Shown: in pieces, positions 56,167-64,000 of the stretch
Layout of the letters: the number at the start of each line of letters is the position of its first letter
Position numbering within the stretch: position 1 is the stretch's first letter
Source of the DNA: Bacteroidales bacterium
Lineage (GTDB): Bacteria; Bacteroidota; Bacteroidia; Bacteroidales; UBA10428
Assembly: GCA_050295515.1 (NCBI GenBank)
Contig: JBNKPU010000010.1
Location: 10,826 to 74,825, forward strand
Length of the DNA: 64,000 nt
Direction of reading: 5' to 3'
The notes under the pieces: generated by a model
Database searches by the model: none
What the model was told of the DNA's origin: nothing
Seen by the model: the letters and a program-made list of their open reading frames with translations, nothing else
Translations under genes and position numbers: made by a program

Positions 56167-57672
56167 TTATTCATCAATCAATAAAGATATTGAAGGCGCA
56201 TTCCGAATGTTTCCATCGGGACCTACAAGTTTAATAGATTCAAAATATACTTTATTGCCTCGTTTTAGCTGTTCAATTATTTTCTTCTGTTCTGAAGTCA
56301 ACATAGTAGAGTTGGATTTTGCGTCTTTTACATATCCATCGATTGTGGCAGAAACGACAAATTCAACAACCCTGAACGTTAAATCAAAATCAAAATATTC
56401 AATCTCAGCAACAAGTCCTTTTTGTTCAAGCAGCAAATCTTTTTTTATTGCACCTCCCTTTATTCCGGCAATTTTGACAACAGGGTCGGGTACTAATTTC
56501 ACCCTGAACTCTGTTTTCTGAATCGTGTCACCTCCATGAGTAACAACTACATAGGCAATACCAGGTCTCTTTGGACGCACTATATAATTACCTGACGAAC
56601 CACTTATTTCACCATTTGTAACAGAAACAGCAAGCTCGGAGGATTTATAACCTGAAACAGCAATCTTCATTGGATTCTCGACACCAATATAAAGCACATT
56701 CATTTTGACGGGTGCTATGGCTGCCACTACGGGTTCTTCATCTGCCTGCTGCCCATTAATACAGCCAACCACAAAAAACAGCAGGGCTGCCAAGGGTATA
56801 AGCATTAAAGTTCTTAACTTTGCTTTTGGATTAAACTTTTGTTTAGTCATCATAATCATTCGTTTTTTAATAAGTGAATGGTTAAAACTCGAAGAAAGGC
56901 AGATGAGTCTTTCTTCACAAATTTGATTCAGGAGGAGTGCCTGGTACTTGAGTCTGTCAATTCCGGTGCCTAGTACTCCTTCATCTGCTAAATACTCATG
57001 CAAGGTCCTCAGTTCCTTTCTGAACAACCATACAACCGGATTGAACCACATTACGGCCGCTAGCAGTTCAATAAAAAGTATGTCTGCAGAATGAACCTGC
57101 GATGCATGTGTCTTTTCATGTGCCAGGATGATATCAATGTCTTCATCCTGCTTATCTTTTGATAGAAATATCCAACGGAAAAAAGAAAAATCGCCCTTTA
57201 CCTTTTTGCTGATCACCAAAACATAGTTTTCTTTTTTGATCCGTTGACCTCCTGAATAAATATGGATGATTTTAAAAACATGGACAATCAATCTGCCAAG
57301 CATTATACAAGATCCTATAAGTATAAGATAAAACAAAATGGTTTGAAAAGGTATACTTGATCTTTTCTCAGGGATTATAGGGGAAGCTATTTCTCCTTCA
57401 GCATTTAATGTAGCATGATTGTTTTCTATCTGTTCTTCTTGGGTTTGATCTACAGTTTTAGTGCTGGTTGTCGTATTTTGTGCTATATCTAAACCAATAT
57501 CAAAACTGACCTGGCTCAATGGTAAAACAAGGGACAAGAGCAAAACAGCAAGTATAAAAATCCTGGAGTGTAAATAGCTGGTCTTCTTTCTAAAGAGAAT
57601 CCTATACACCAAATAGGCTATGAACAAACAAACAGACGATATTAGATAATACTTCAACAGTTCCATGGTCAT
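56167..57672 (-). CDS. BlaR1/MecR1-like M56 membrane metalloprotease with C-terminal GldM_C-like domain
   Basis: HEKTH zinc motif in a TM context, then HEYLADE. The C-terminal ~190 aa (NVLYIGVENPMKIAVSG...FRVKLVPDPV...) resembles the GldM C-terminal domain as I recall it. Confidence 0.75.
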   Translation of the reverse strand: MTMELLKYYLISSVCLFIAYLVYRILFRKKTSYLHSRIFILAVLLLSLVLPLSQVSFDIGLDIAQNTTTSTKTVDQTQEEQIENNHATLNAEGEIASPIIPEKRSSIPFQTILFYLILIGSCIMLGRLIVHVFKIIHIYSGGQRIKKENYVLVISKKVKGDFSFFRWIFLSKDKQDEDIDIILAHEKTHASQVHSADILFIELLAAVMWFNPVVWLFRKELRTLHEYLADEGVLGTGIDRLKYQALLLNQICEERLICLSSSFNHSLIKKRMIMMTKQKFNPKAKLRTLMLIPLAALLFFVVGCINGQQADEEPVVAAIAPVKMNVLYIGVENPMKIAVSGYKSSELAVSVTNGEISGSSGNYIVRPKRPGIAYVVVTHGGDTIQKTEFRVKLVPDPVVKIAGIKGGAIKKDLLLEQKGLVAEIEYFDFDLTFRVVEFVVSATIDGYVKDAKSNSTMLTSEQKKIIEQLKRGNKVYFESIKLVGPDGNIRNAPSISLLIDE

Positions 57673-58064
57673 TTCTTTTGTTTTTCAATTTCTGCTTCCA
57701 ACATTTGCTTTAGCTCCTCCATTTCGTTGAGGCTAACTTCTTTGTTCTTCACAAAAAAGGAGACCATTTGGTTTACCGATCCGTTGAAAAGCCCTTTGAA
57801 GGTATCTTTTAAAACATGCTGGGCATATTGTTTTTGAGATACAAGGGGGAAAAAGACGTTTGTTTTTCCATAGGTTTTGTGCGACACATAGCCTTTTTTC
57901 TCCAAAACTTTTATTACTGTTGCTACGGTGTTGTAGGCCGGTTTTGGATCCGGCAGAACAGCCAGTACATCGCTGACTGCACCATCGGTAATTTTCCATA
58001 GGGCTTTTAGAATATCTTCCTGAGCTTTGGTTAATTCTTGCATAATCAGTTTATTTTGACGCAA
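57669..58064 (-). CDS. BlaI/MecI/CopY-family transcriptional repressor
   Basis: LTKAQEDILKALW...YNTVATVIKVLEKKGYV winged helix. ATGA overlap with the M56 gene. The start is possibly the internal ATG at 58043. Confidence 0.88.
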   Translation of the reverse strand: MRQNKLIMQELTKAQEDILKALWKITDGAVSDVLAVLPDPKPAYNTVATVIKVLEKKGYVSHKTYGKTNVFFPLVSQKQYAQHVLKDTFKGLFNGSVNQMVSFFVKNKEVSLNEMEELKQMLEAEIEKQKK

Positions 58065-58087
58065 TATACGACAATTATTGAAATTAA

Positions 58088-58102
58088 ACTACAATTATAG
58101 TA
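58088..58102. promoter_or_regulatory. candidate BlaI-type operator (CTACAATTATAGTAG)
   Basis: Palindrome with TAC/GTA arms, about 25-40 nt upstream of the repressor gene. Weak, by analogy to TACA/TGTA operators. Confidence 0.3.
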
Positions 58103-58200
58103 GATGTCTCAATTTATTGAACGAAAGAAGTGAGGATTTATTGTCAGGAAGTAAATATTAAACCTCAATGTTGTAAAGATTATGTAAAACACTCCTTCAA

Positions 58201-58719
58201 CTAGCCCCTATTTATCTGATTGGTTATCTCATACAAGGCCATCGAAAGCGATTGTATAACATTCATCGATGAGTTCTTGCCATACATGGGAATATGTATG
58301 TGCTTATCAACGTGCTTTAGCACTTCATCTTGCACTCCATGGCTTTCGGCTCCAATTACGATGGCTATTTTATTGGATTGCTTAAAGTCTACTTTTTGAA
58401 TAGGCTGACTTATAGTTGTAATTTCAAGGCAATAGATTGAAAATCCATCTTTTGCAAGCTCCTGAATACAATCCAGGGTATTGGCATAAACTTGAAAACC
58501 AACATGGTTTACCGTAGACCTCGCAACTTTTTCAAGTTTTTTGTTTGGGGGTGCAGGTGTTGAGCCACAAAGACAGATATTGGAAACGCCCATAGCTTCG
58601 GCCAGGCGAAAAGCCATGCCAACATTTTCGGCAATGCTTAAATTATCGCAGACAATTGCAACAGGAAAACGTTTTTGTGTGTTTACTACCTCGTGATGTT
58701 CAAGCTGACGGGAACTCAT
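58201..58719 (-). CDS. SpoU/TrmH-family RNA 2-prime-O-methyltransferase
   Basis: NVGMAFRLAEAMG, IVIGAESHGV and MNVIQSLSMALYE SPOUT motifs. Confidence 0.85.
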   Translation of the reverse strand: MSSRQLEHHEVVNTQKRFPVAIVCDNLSIAENVGMAFRLAEAMGVSNICLCGSTPAPPNKKLEKVARSTVNHVGFQVYANTLDCIQELAKDGFSIYCLEITTISQPIQKVDFKQSNKIAIVIGAESHGVQDEVLKHVDKHIHIPMYGKNSSMNVIQSLSMALYEITNQINRG

Positions 58720-58742
58720 GCATCAAACTTAATAAAAATGGA

Positions 58743-59480
58743 TCAATTAAGCGATGCCTTCAGAATATGGCGCATGTTCCGGTGAAAATCATTGATAACC
58801 TTTTTATGGAGAGTAGGATAAATTCTATCTCTGAATTTTGAACTGCTTTTAAAATAGGAGCGATGTACAATCTGTGTTGTATGGTTTTCATCTTCAGAAA
58901 ATTGCAATGTTTGCTTTCCTTGGGTTATATTGCCCTCTATATAGCTGAATTCCATAATCCTGTTGACCGAATCAATATTAATAATCTCAAAAGCAACAGG
59001 AAGATTGTATATCCCCCTTAGCAACCTCAGGTTTAAAAAATAAACCTGGCCAGTATCTATCTCTGAAAAAGTTCCTTGTGATGCATAAAGGAAAGTATTT
59101 GAATATTTGGAAATCAACAAACCAAAATCAATGATGTGCCCATCCCACGAATCAACAGGATTGGCATTTTTATAACATTCCCATACCTCTTCAAGTTGCC
59201 CCTTGGCCACAAAGGTTTTTTCATGTACATTATACGAATTAATATCGTCGCCGAGGTGCCAGCTGGGTTCTATCCCGGTAAAAGTGTTAAGACTGTCTAT
59301 ATGCTGATCCACAATAAACTGTCTAACTTTCTTTTTGGAAATAAGGTCCAGGTCTATTACAGCATCGGCGCTTTGACCAATAAGAAATTGAGTCTGAGAA
59401 GTACATACCAACACCAATAAAATAAACCGGACAAGAAATCCCATCTTACCATAAAATCTTAACATCCTGTCTTCTCCCAT
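58743..59480 (-). CDS. hypothetical secreted protein
   Basis: Signal-like N-terminus. No motif recognised with confidence. Confidence 0.55.
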   Translation of the reverse strand: MGEDRMLRFYGKMGFLVRFILLVLVCTSQTQFLIGQSADAVIDLDLISKKKVRQFIVDQHIDSLNTFTGIEPSWHLGDDINSYNVHEKTFVAKGQLEEVWECYKNANPVDSWDGHIIDFGLLISKYSNTFLYASQGTFSEIDTGQVYFLNLRLLRGIYNLPVAFEIINIDSVNRIMEFSYIEGNITQGKQTLQFSEDENHTTQIVHRSYFKSSSKFRDRIYPTLHKKVINDFHRNMRHILKASLN

Positions 59481-59655
59481 TTTGCAGCATCAAAATTAAA
59501 CATTTGAGTGCAAGCATCAAACTCTTTTAGTTTAAAATTCCTGATTGTTTGACGAACAGATTATTTAAAGTTTTACAGTAAAAAAAACAACAAGTATATA
59601 CTAACCTCTAAGTGTAAAGTATTATATTGCAACTACAAGCAGAGAAACACAGCCT

Positions 59656-60129
59656 ATGAAAGTTCTAATCAAATCCGCCCTACTGCTTGCAACTTGTATG
59701 CTGCAAGCACAGACCTCTCAACCTGGACTCAATCAGATTGAATTGTTCAAACAATTTATTGGAACATGGAAATGCGAAGTCCAAAAAGATACTTTTCTGC
59801 TCATCGAAAATACGTCATTTGGTACAGGAATGGTTTCTAAAAGTCAGGTTGTATCGAAAGGCAATACACTTGAGGAGATTATTCAATTATATGGCTACAA
59901 TGCCAAAGATGATTCTTATCAAATTGCAGAGCTAATGATGTCCCGTTCTGATTTAGAGATCATCAATGCCAGGTTCATTACTCCTGTATCAGGAGAAATG
60001 GAGGTAACCAATACAGAAAACGCCAAATATCAATGGCGCTTTGAATTTAAAAACCAAGACACTATACTTCAGCAAGCTTTTTACGCCAACAAGGTAGTTA
60101 AAGAGGTAATGCTAAGCAGGGTGGAGTAA
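59656..60129 (+). CDS. hypothetical secreted protein
   Basis: Signal peptide (LLLATCMLQAQ), 157 aa, beta-rich. Confidence 0.55.
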   Translation: MKVLIKSALLLATCMLQAQTSQPGLNQIELFKQFIGTWKCEVQKDTFLLIENTSFGTGMVSKSQVVSKGNTLEEIIQLYGYNAKDDSYQIAELMMSRSDLEIINARFITPVSGEMEVTNTENAKYQWRFEFKNQDTILQQAFYANKVVKEVMLSRVE

Positions 60130-60176
60130 GTAGAGTTAGACAGTTTTCCAATGTCATTAACATTAAATCAATTTTT

Positions 60177-60527
60177 ATGTATTCAAAACTATTTATTGCC
60201 CTTTCTTTTGTTGTTCTGTTATCGTGCGAAAAGAATTCCGAAAATGCCTGTGAAAATGAGGATCCATTTGATGCAAAATGGTTAAACAACTGGAAACAAA
60301 ACCTTCAGAACTGTTATTGCGAATTCAACATTATTCAGGCCAATTACAATGAAGAAACTGTTTTTTATATAAACATGACCAATCGTGCTTGCGATGATGC
60401 TATTGAATTCAACTTATATAGCTGCAATGGATATTTAATTAAGACTCTCGATTTGGACGAGGCTTCTCTTTTAAAAGAAAAGGATACACTTTATACCTGC
60501 GAAGCAACAAAGAAAACACAGAATTGA
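60177..60527 (+). CDS. small Cys-rich lipoprotein
   Basis: Lipobox VLLSC plus 6 further Cys. 116 aa. Confidence 0.55.
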   Translation: MYSKLFIALSFVVLLSCEKNSENACENEDPFDAKWLNNWKQNLQNCYCEFNIIQANYNEETVFYINMTNRACDDAIEFNLYSCNGYLIKTLDLDEASLLKEKDTLYTCEATKKTQN

Positions 60528-60600
60528 AAAAGATTGGATTGGAATTACTCTAAAGTGCATCGTCTTTACTTTGTTTGATGTTCTACTTTATTTTACTTAT

Positions 60601-60640
60601 AACCCGAAATATGCATTAGAAATACATGATCCGGGTTTAA
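60601..60640. repeat. back-to-back inverted pair of the dispersed ~20-bp motif (hairpin-capable)
   Basis: AACCCGAAATATGCATTAGA + AATACATGATCCGGGTTTAA. Confidence 0.45.
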
Positions 60641-60886
60641 CTTTTTAATAAATATATTTTTTTGAACCCCACTCCTATTGTGGACATGGTTGATCCGGAG
60701 ATCTATAAACAACTTATGTCCAGCTTCAAACTACATTTTAAGCTTTGAGGGGCAGGCAGATCACAATTTCTACTTCCAGCTGCTTTTTGAGCTCTTCTTC
60801 CGGCAGGTCTTTCATGCCTGTCCATTTGGCCAAGCAAGTCTTTCGACATAGAACAAGTTCCTGGTCCCCATTTCACTTCTCCGAGG

Positions 60887-62203
60887 CTATTTACTCGATG
60901 AAGAAATTATTTTATCAATATTAAGCGTCGCTCCCAACTGAAACTGTACAAAGTTATTTCTTGGTTCATCTTCCTTTCTGCATAAAAAGTTCCCATAGGC
61001 TGCAAACCTCAGAAAAGCACTTATTTTCTTATCAATATCCCTGGCAATTCTTATATCAATGGCTTGAATTGCACTGGGATATTTTTTATGGGGCACAATC
61101 TGCTGTCCAGTTATATTTTCCTTCATTTGATATTCTGCTGAATCAGAAAAATTTCCAGAAATTATATGGGGTAAGAATACGGAGAATGAACAATCTGCCG
61201 ATAATTTCGATTCTTTATCCTTAACTGTACTAACCTTTAAATTAAACCCATGGGCTATTGAAGATATTCGAAAAGCATCTTTTCGTAGTAAAGTATCCAA
61301 TACTGCTGTTGAATAGAATATAGGGGTATAGTCCAGATAGGTCGATAAAACATTGTGCCATCTAAATGTTGCTATATTTATTTTGCTTAGGGAAATTACA
61401 TTTGCATATTGAAGCAGGTCATATTTATTCAAATACCTTCCGTGGGTAATGGTATCATATCGAACAGGCAATTCACGGTTTTCATTTTCCATTTTTGAAA
61501 ATGTAATGTCCAACAATACAGCATTCCGGGCAATAAAAACCCCTAGATGGTTCGTTTGAGTGGAATCTATTGTCAACTTTTTGTTTAGGCGGGGAAAAGG
61601 ATTCCAGCAAATTTTATTCTTTACAGAATCTTTATTGCAAACTTTATCATACCTAATTTTAGTGGGACGTAAATATGAAATATAAAAATTGGTTTGCACC
61701 AACCCATTGGGCTGATCGTCCTTAATCCCAACAAAATCGCTGAAAATGAAACCACAGAATTCCATCTTGTGATTGCACCACTTGTTATTATTAAAAGTTA
61801 CTATGTCGTTACAGTAACAATTTTTAATTTCATTGGATTTATCCAAATCCTCGAATTTATCTTTCGACTTAATGGAATAGTTTTCTTTTAATATCCCAAT
61901 TATCGAATCGCTACCTTCCTTTAAATATACTTTTGTTACTTTCTCTGATATATAAAAAACCGTATCGTTTCCATTTAATTCAAGGCTCTCTTTTATTCTT
62001 AATTCCTTTGGATGTTCATCAGGCTTGTTATTTGTATCCTTATTCTCTATCTCAACTGAGAAATTTTCAGTTTTACTCTTGTTGCCTTTTTTAGGTTCGA
62101 TATTAGCTGTATCATTAATTATTGCACACTGCGTTAACAGTAATACAACAAGCCCACTACAGCAAATACTTAATTTGTTAAATATAATTCGGACTTTCAT
62201 CAT
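60887..62203 (-). CDS. hypothetical lipoprotein / outer-membrane protein
   Basis: Start moved to the ATGATG at 62203 (MMKVRIIFNKLSICCSGLVVLLLTQC signal/lipobox). The track ORF start at 62380 would overlap the GH13 gene by 155 nt. Confidence 0.6.
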   Translation of the reverse strand: MMKVRIIFNKLSICCSGLVVLLLTQCAIINDTANIEPKKGNKSKTENFSVEIENKDTNNKPDEHPKELRIKESLELNGNDTVFYISEKVTKVYLKEGSDSIIGILKENYSIKSKDKFEDLDKSNEIKNCYCNDIVTFNNNKWCNHKMEFCGFIFSDFVGIKDDQPNGLVQTNFYISYLRPTKIRYDKVCNKDSVKNKICWNPFPRLNKKLTIDSTQTNHLGVFIARNAVLLDITFSKMENENRELPVRYDTITHGRYLNKYDLLQYANVISLSKINIATFRWHNVLSTYLDYTPIFYSTAVLDTLLRKDAFRISSIAHGFNLKVSTVKDKESKLSADCSFSVFLPHIISGNFSDSAEYQMKENITGQQIVPHKKYPSAIQAIDIRIARDIDKKISAFLRFAAYGNFLCRKEDEPRNNFVQFQLGATLNIDKIISSSSK

Positions 62204-62225
62204 ACTTAGGATTATAATGTATGGT

Positions 62226-63998
62226 CTATTGAAAGAAAATATGGCCCCAGTTCGAACCAACCTGGAAACACAATTGATAATCATGCACCTGTGGCTTCCA
62301 TAAACCAGCACCATCAAGATTACTGAGCAAATCTGTCCAGGTACCGTTTGAAGGAAATGGTACACATAAATCCTGAGCATGATCAGAGAAGTTTAAAACA
62401 ATCATGAACCGCTGCAGTACATTGTCTTTTGTGTTTCCCCACCGGTGATAGATGACCAGTTGCCTGTTGGTGTCCATACCATATTCTTCCGGATTAAATT
62501 GCGTTTGCCATTCTTCCCATTTTTGCGGGTAAAAGTTAGCTGAACGTAATCCTTCATAATCCCTTCTGATATCCGCCAGGCATTTATAGAGACTTTGTAA
62601 TGATTTCCCTATTTTATCTTCGCTTTGCTTCCAACGAATTGGCCTGGACAGTATCCTCCGCCCTGTACCTTCATCGTTTTCGGGTATATAATAATCCTCG
62701 CCAAATTCGGCACCAGCATGCACCAAGGGTATTGCTGATGAAGTATATAAGGCAATGACATAGGGTTGGGTTTTATACCACATCATTGCCCCTCTCCCAT
62801 CGTGAGACCCGGCACGACAAGCAATTTGCGAATGATCGTGGTTGCTTAGATAAATCGTGGGAACATGGCCTGCATCCTTTAAATATTGCCTGTTGTTCAG
62901 GGCATTGATCAAGCGGGGCGAAATCTGGTTTTGCCATAGGGCATCGAAAGAAAACTCATACAAAGCATTGTCCCAAAAGCTATTTGCAAAGGTATTGTTA
63001 ACTACATCGCAGGCATCCTTCTGCAAGTGTTCTATGGTTAACGAGAAATTAACTTCTCCTTTAGCTACAAGCTGTGTTTCAAGCTCCTCCAATATTTTTT
63101 CCAAGCCATGCGTGTCCCCTGCCTTGTAGAAATTTACAGTATTGTCAAAGCGGATACCATCTATTTTAAATACCTCAATCCAATACAGGCATACATCCCT
63201 GATAAATTCATTGGTACAAGCATTATGAAAATCCAGATCTTCCAAACCACTAAAACTCCCTTCATAAATGCCTGTATACGGGCAATCTTCCTGGTTATGA
63301 TACATGTACTTGTAAGGAAAAGATTTGCTGACATGGTTGTATACACCATCCATAATTACATGTATATCACGTTTATGGCATTCGTTAATCAGAAGCTTAA
63401 GCCAGGATAGTTTCTCTGAAGGCCTGTTTATGGAGTTTGCATAAGAGTAGGCTACCGAAAAAAAATGAAAAGGTTCATACCCCCAGCTATAATCCTCATG
63501 TGGCCAACCTGTCCAAGGCATAAAAAGAATTGCATTAAACCCCAGGTTCTTTATATAATCAAGCTTATGGACAATGGCTGCCAGGGGTGCCTCCTTCCCT
63601 TGGTTATAATCTAACACAAAGTCATGAATATGCAGTTCATAAATAACCAACTCACTAAGAGCTTTGCGCCCATTGGCCAAGGGCTTTACTTTATTCTCAC
63701 CAGGAGTGCTACCACCAATCACAAAGGCTGCATTTTGATCGCTCGAACCACTATACCGTGTACATGGGTCAGATACAATACGCGTACTATTGTCTTTAAA
63801 TGTTATCAGGTATTTATATTGATAAAACCCGGTTTTAAGTTCAGTTTTTGACCTGAACGTAAAGAAAGTGCCTGTAGCCCCATCGGATTGTGAAAGCTTG
63901 AAGCCCTTGCTAAAATCCCAATTCTTGCATGCAGGGTTTAATTGGTTTTGAAAATCCCCGACAACATGTATGTTTTTAATTTTCGGATCAGATCCTTT
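62226..63998 (-). CDS. GH13 alpha-amylase-family enzyme with N-terminal CBM48/E-set-like domain, 5-prime end outside the window
   Basis: GH13 regions DGVYNHV, DGIRFDNTVNF, LTIEHL and LSNHDHS. The frame stays open upstream of the GTG at 63722 to the window edge (…VVGDFQNQLNPACKNWDFSKG…). Confidence 0.88.
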   Translation of the reverse strand, partial: KGSDPKIKNIHVVGDFQNQLNPACKNWDFSKGFKLSQSDGATGTFFTFRSKTELKTGFYQYKYLITFKDNSTRIVSDPCTRYSGSSDQNAAFVIGGSTPGENKVKPLANGRKALSELVIYELHIHDFVLDYNQGKEAPLAAIVHKLDYIKNLGFNAILFMPWTGWPHEDYSWGYEPFHFFSVAYSYANSINRPSEKLSWLKLLINECHKRDIHVIMDGVYNHVSKSFPYKYMYHNQEDCPYTGIYEGSFSGLEDLDFHNACTNEFIRDVCLYWIEVFKIDGIRFDNTVNFYKAGDTHGLEKILEELETQLVAKGEVNFSLTIEHLQKDACDVVNNTFANSFWDNALYEFSFDALWQNQISPRLINALNNRQYLKDAGHVPTIYLSNHDHSQIACRAGSHDGRGAMMWYKTQPYVIALYTSSAIPLVHAGAEFGEDYYIPENDEGTGRRILSRPIRWKQSEDKIGKSLQSLYKCLADIRRDYEGLRSANFYPQKWEEWQTQFNPEEYGMDTNRQLVIYHRWGNTKDNVLQRFMIVLNFSDHAQDLCVPFPSNGTWTDLLSNLDGAGLWKPQVHDYQLCFQVGSNWGHIFFQ

Positions 63999-64000
63999 TG

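Noticed and set aside
60700-60886. GC-richer patch whose minus-strand translation (…LVLCRKTCLAKWTGMKDLPEEELKKQLEVEI…) faintly recalls the HTH/leucine-zipper end of IS3-family OrfA
   Set aside because: It is only about 45 codons long, would need indels to fit, and has no inverted repeats or DDE remnant nearby. That is too weak to call a pseudogene.
62245-62262. GGTTCGAAC-like T-loop sequence suggesting a tRNA
   Set aside because: It lies in the last codons of the GH13 gene, has no complementary T-stem or acceptor stem around it, and no cloverleaf can be drawn.
62204-62380. N-terminal 59 codons of the track ORF 60887-62380
   Set aside because: They would overlap the GH13 gene 3-prime end by 155 nt. 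An internal ATGATG at 62203 gives a proper signal/lipobox N-terminus instead.

Overview
AT-rich chromosomal segment that looks like Bacteroidota, judged from a T9SS-type C-terminal sorting domain, a GldM_C-like domain, TAnnTTTG -7 boxes and many lipoproteins. I saw no rRNA, tRNA or CRISPR array. The dominant content is a hydrogen-metabolism hub. 29 consecutive genes (26.3-53.9 kb) encode: (1) the [FeFe] maturases HydE and HydG plus a TM1266-like ACT regulator; (2) a complete NAD-linked group-3d [NiFe] Hox hydrogenase (hoxFUYHW), extended by a stand-alone receiver and a lipoprotein; (3) alanine dehydrogenase and the redox repressor Rex; (4) hypFCDEAB; (5) a DUF2148 protein; (6) a six-gene putative sensory module (DRTGG, HATPase, H-cluster-like protein, DRTGG, PHP, HATPase); and (7) a HydABC(D)-type NADH-linked, presumably electron-bifurcating, [FeFe] hydrogenase. 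The third maturase gene, hydF, lies about 15 kb away and is coupled to an aspartase-family gene. Rex-type palindromes sit in the promoter regions of three of these operons. The rest of the window holds peroxide-stress genes (gpx, an OhrR-like MarR), a PpsR-like kinase, a 1043-aa ABCG-like transporter, a transglutaminase-like protein, a PAS histidine kinase and a pfkB-CBS-permease operon. It also holds an acetylesterase, a collagen-like Gly-rich secreted protein, a 1384-aa GH43 enzyme, a BlaI/BlaR1-like pair, a SpoU methyltransferase, several unknown secreted proteins and a 5-prime-truncated GH13 gene. Non-coding structure includes two copies of a ~244-bp MITE-like element, a dispersed ~20-bp palindromic motif, a 10-bp tandem repeat and several hairpins. 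The best candidate for an uncharacterised system is the six-gene module upstream of hydDBAC. As far as I recall, comparable neighbourhoods are annotated in Thermotogae and Firmicutes, so any novelty would lie in mechanism rather than in existence.
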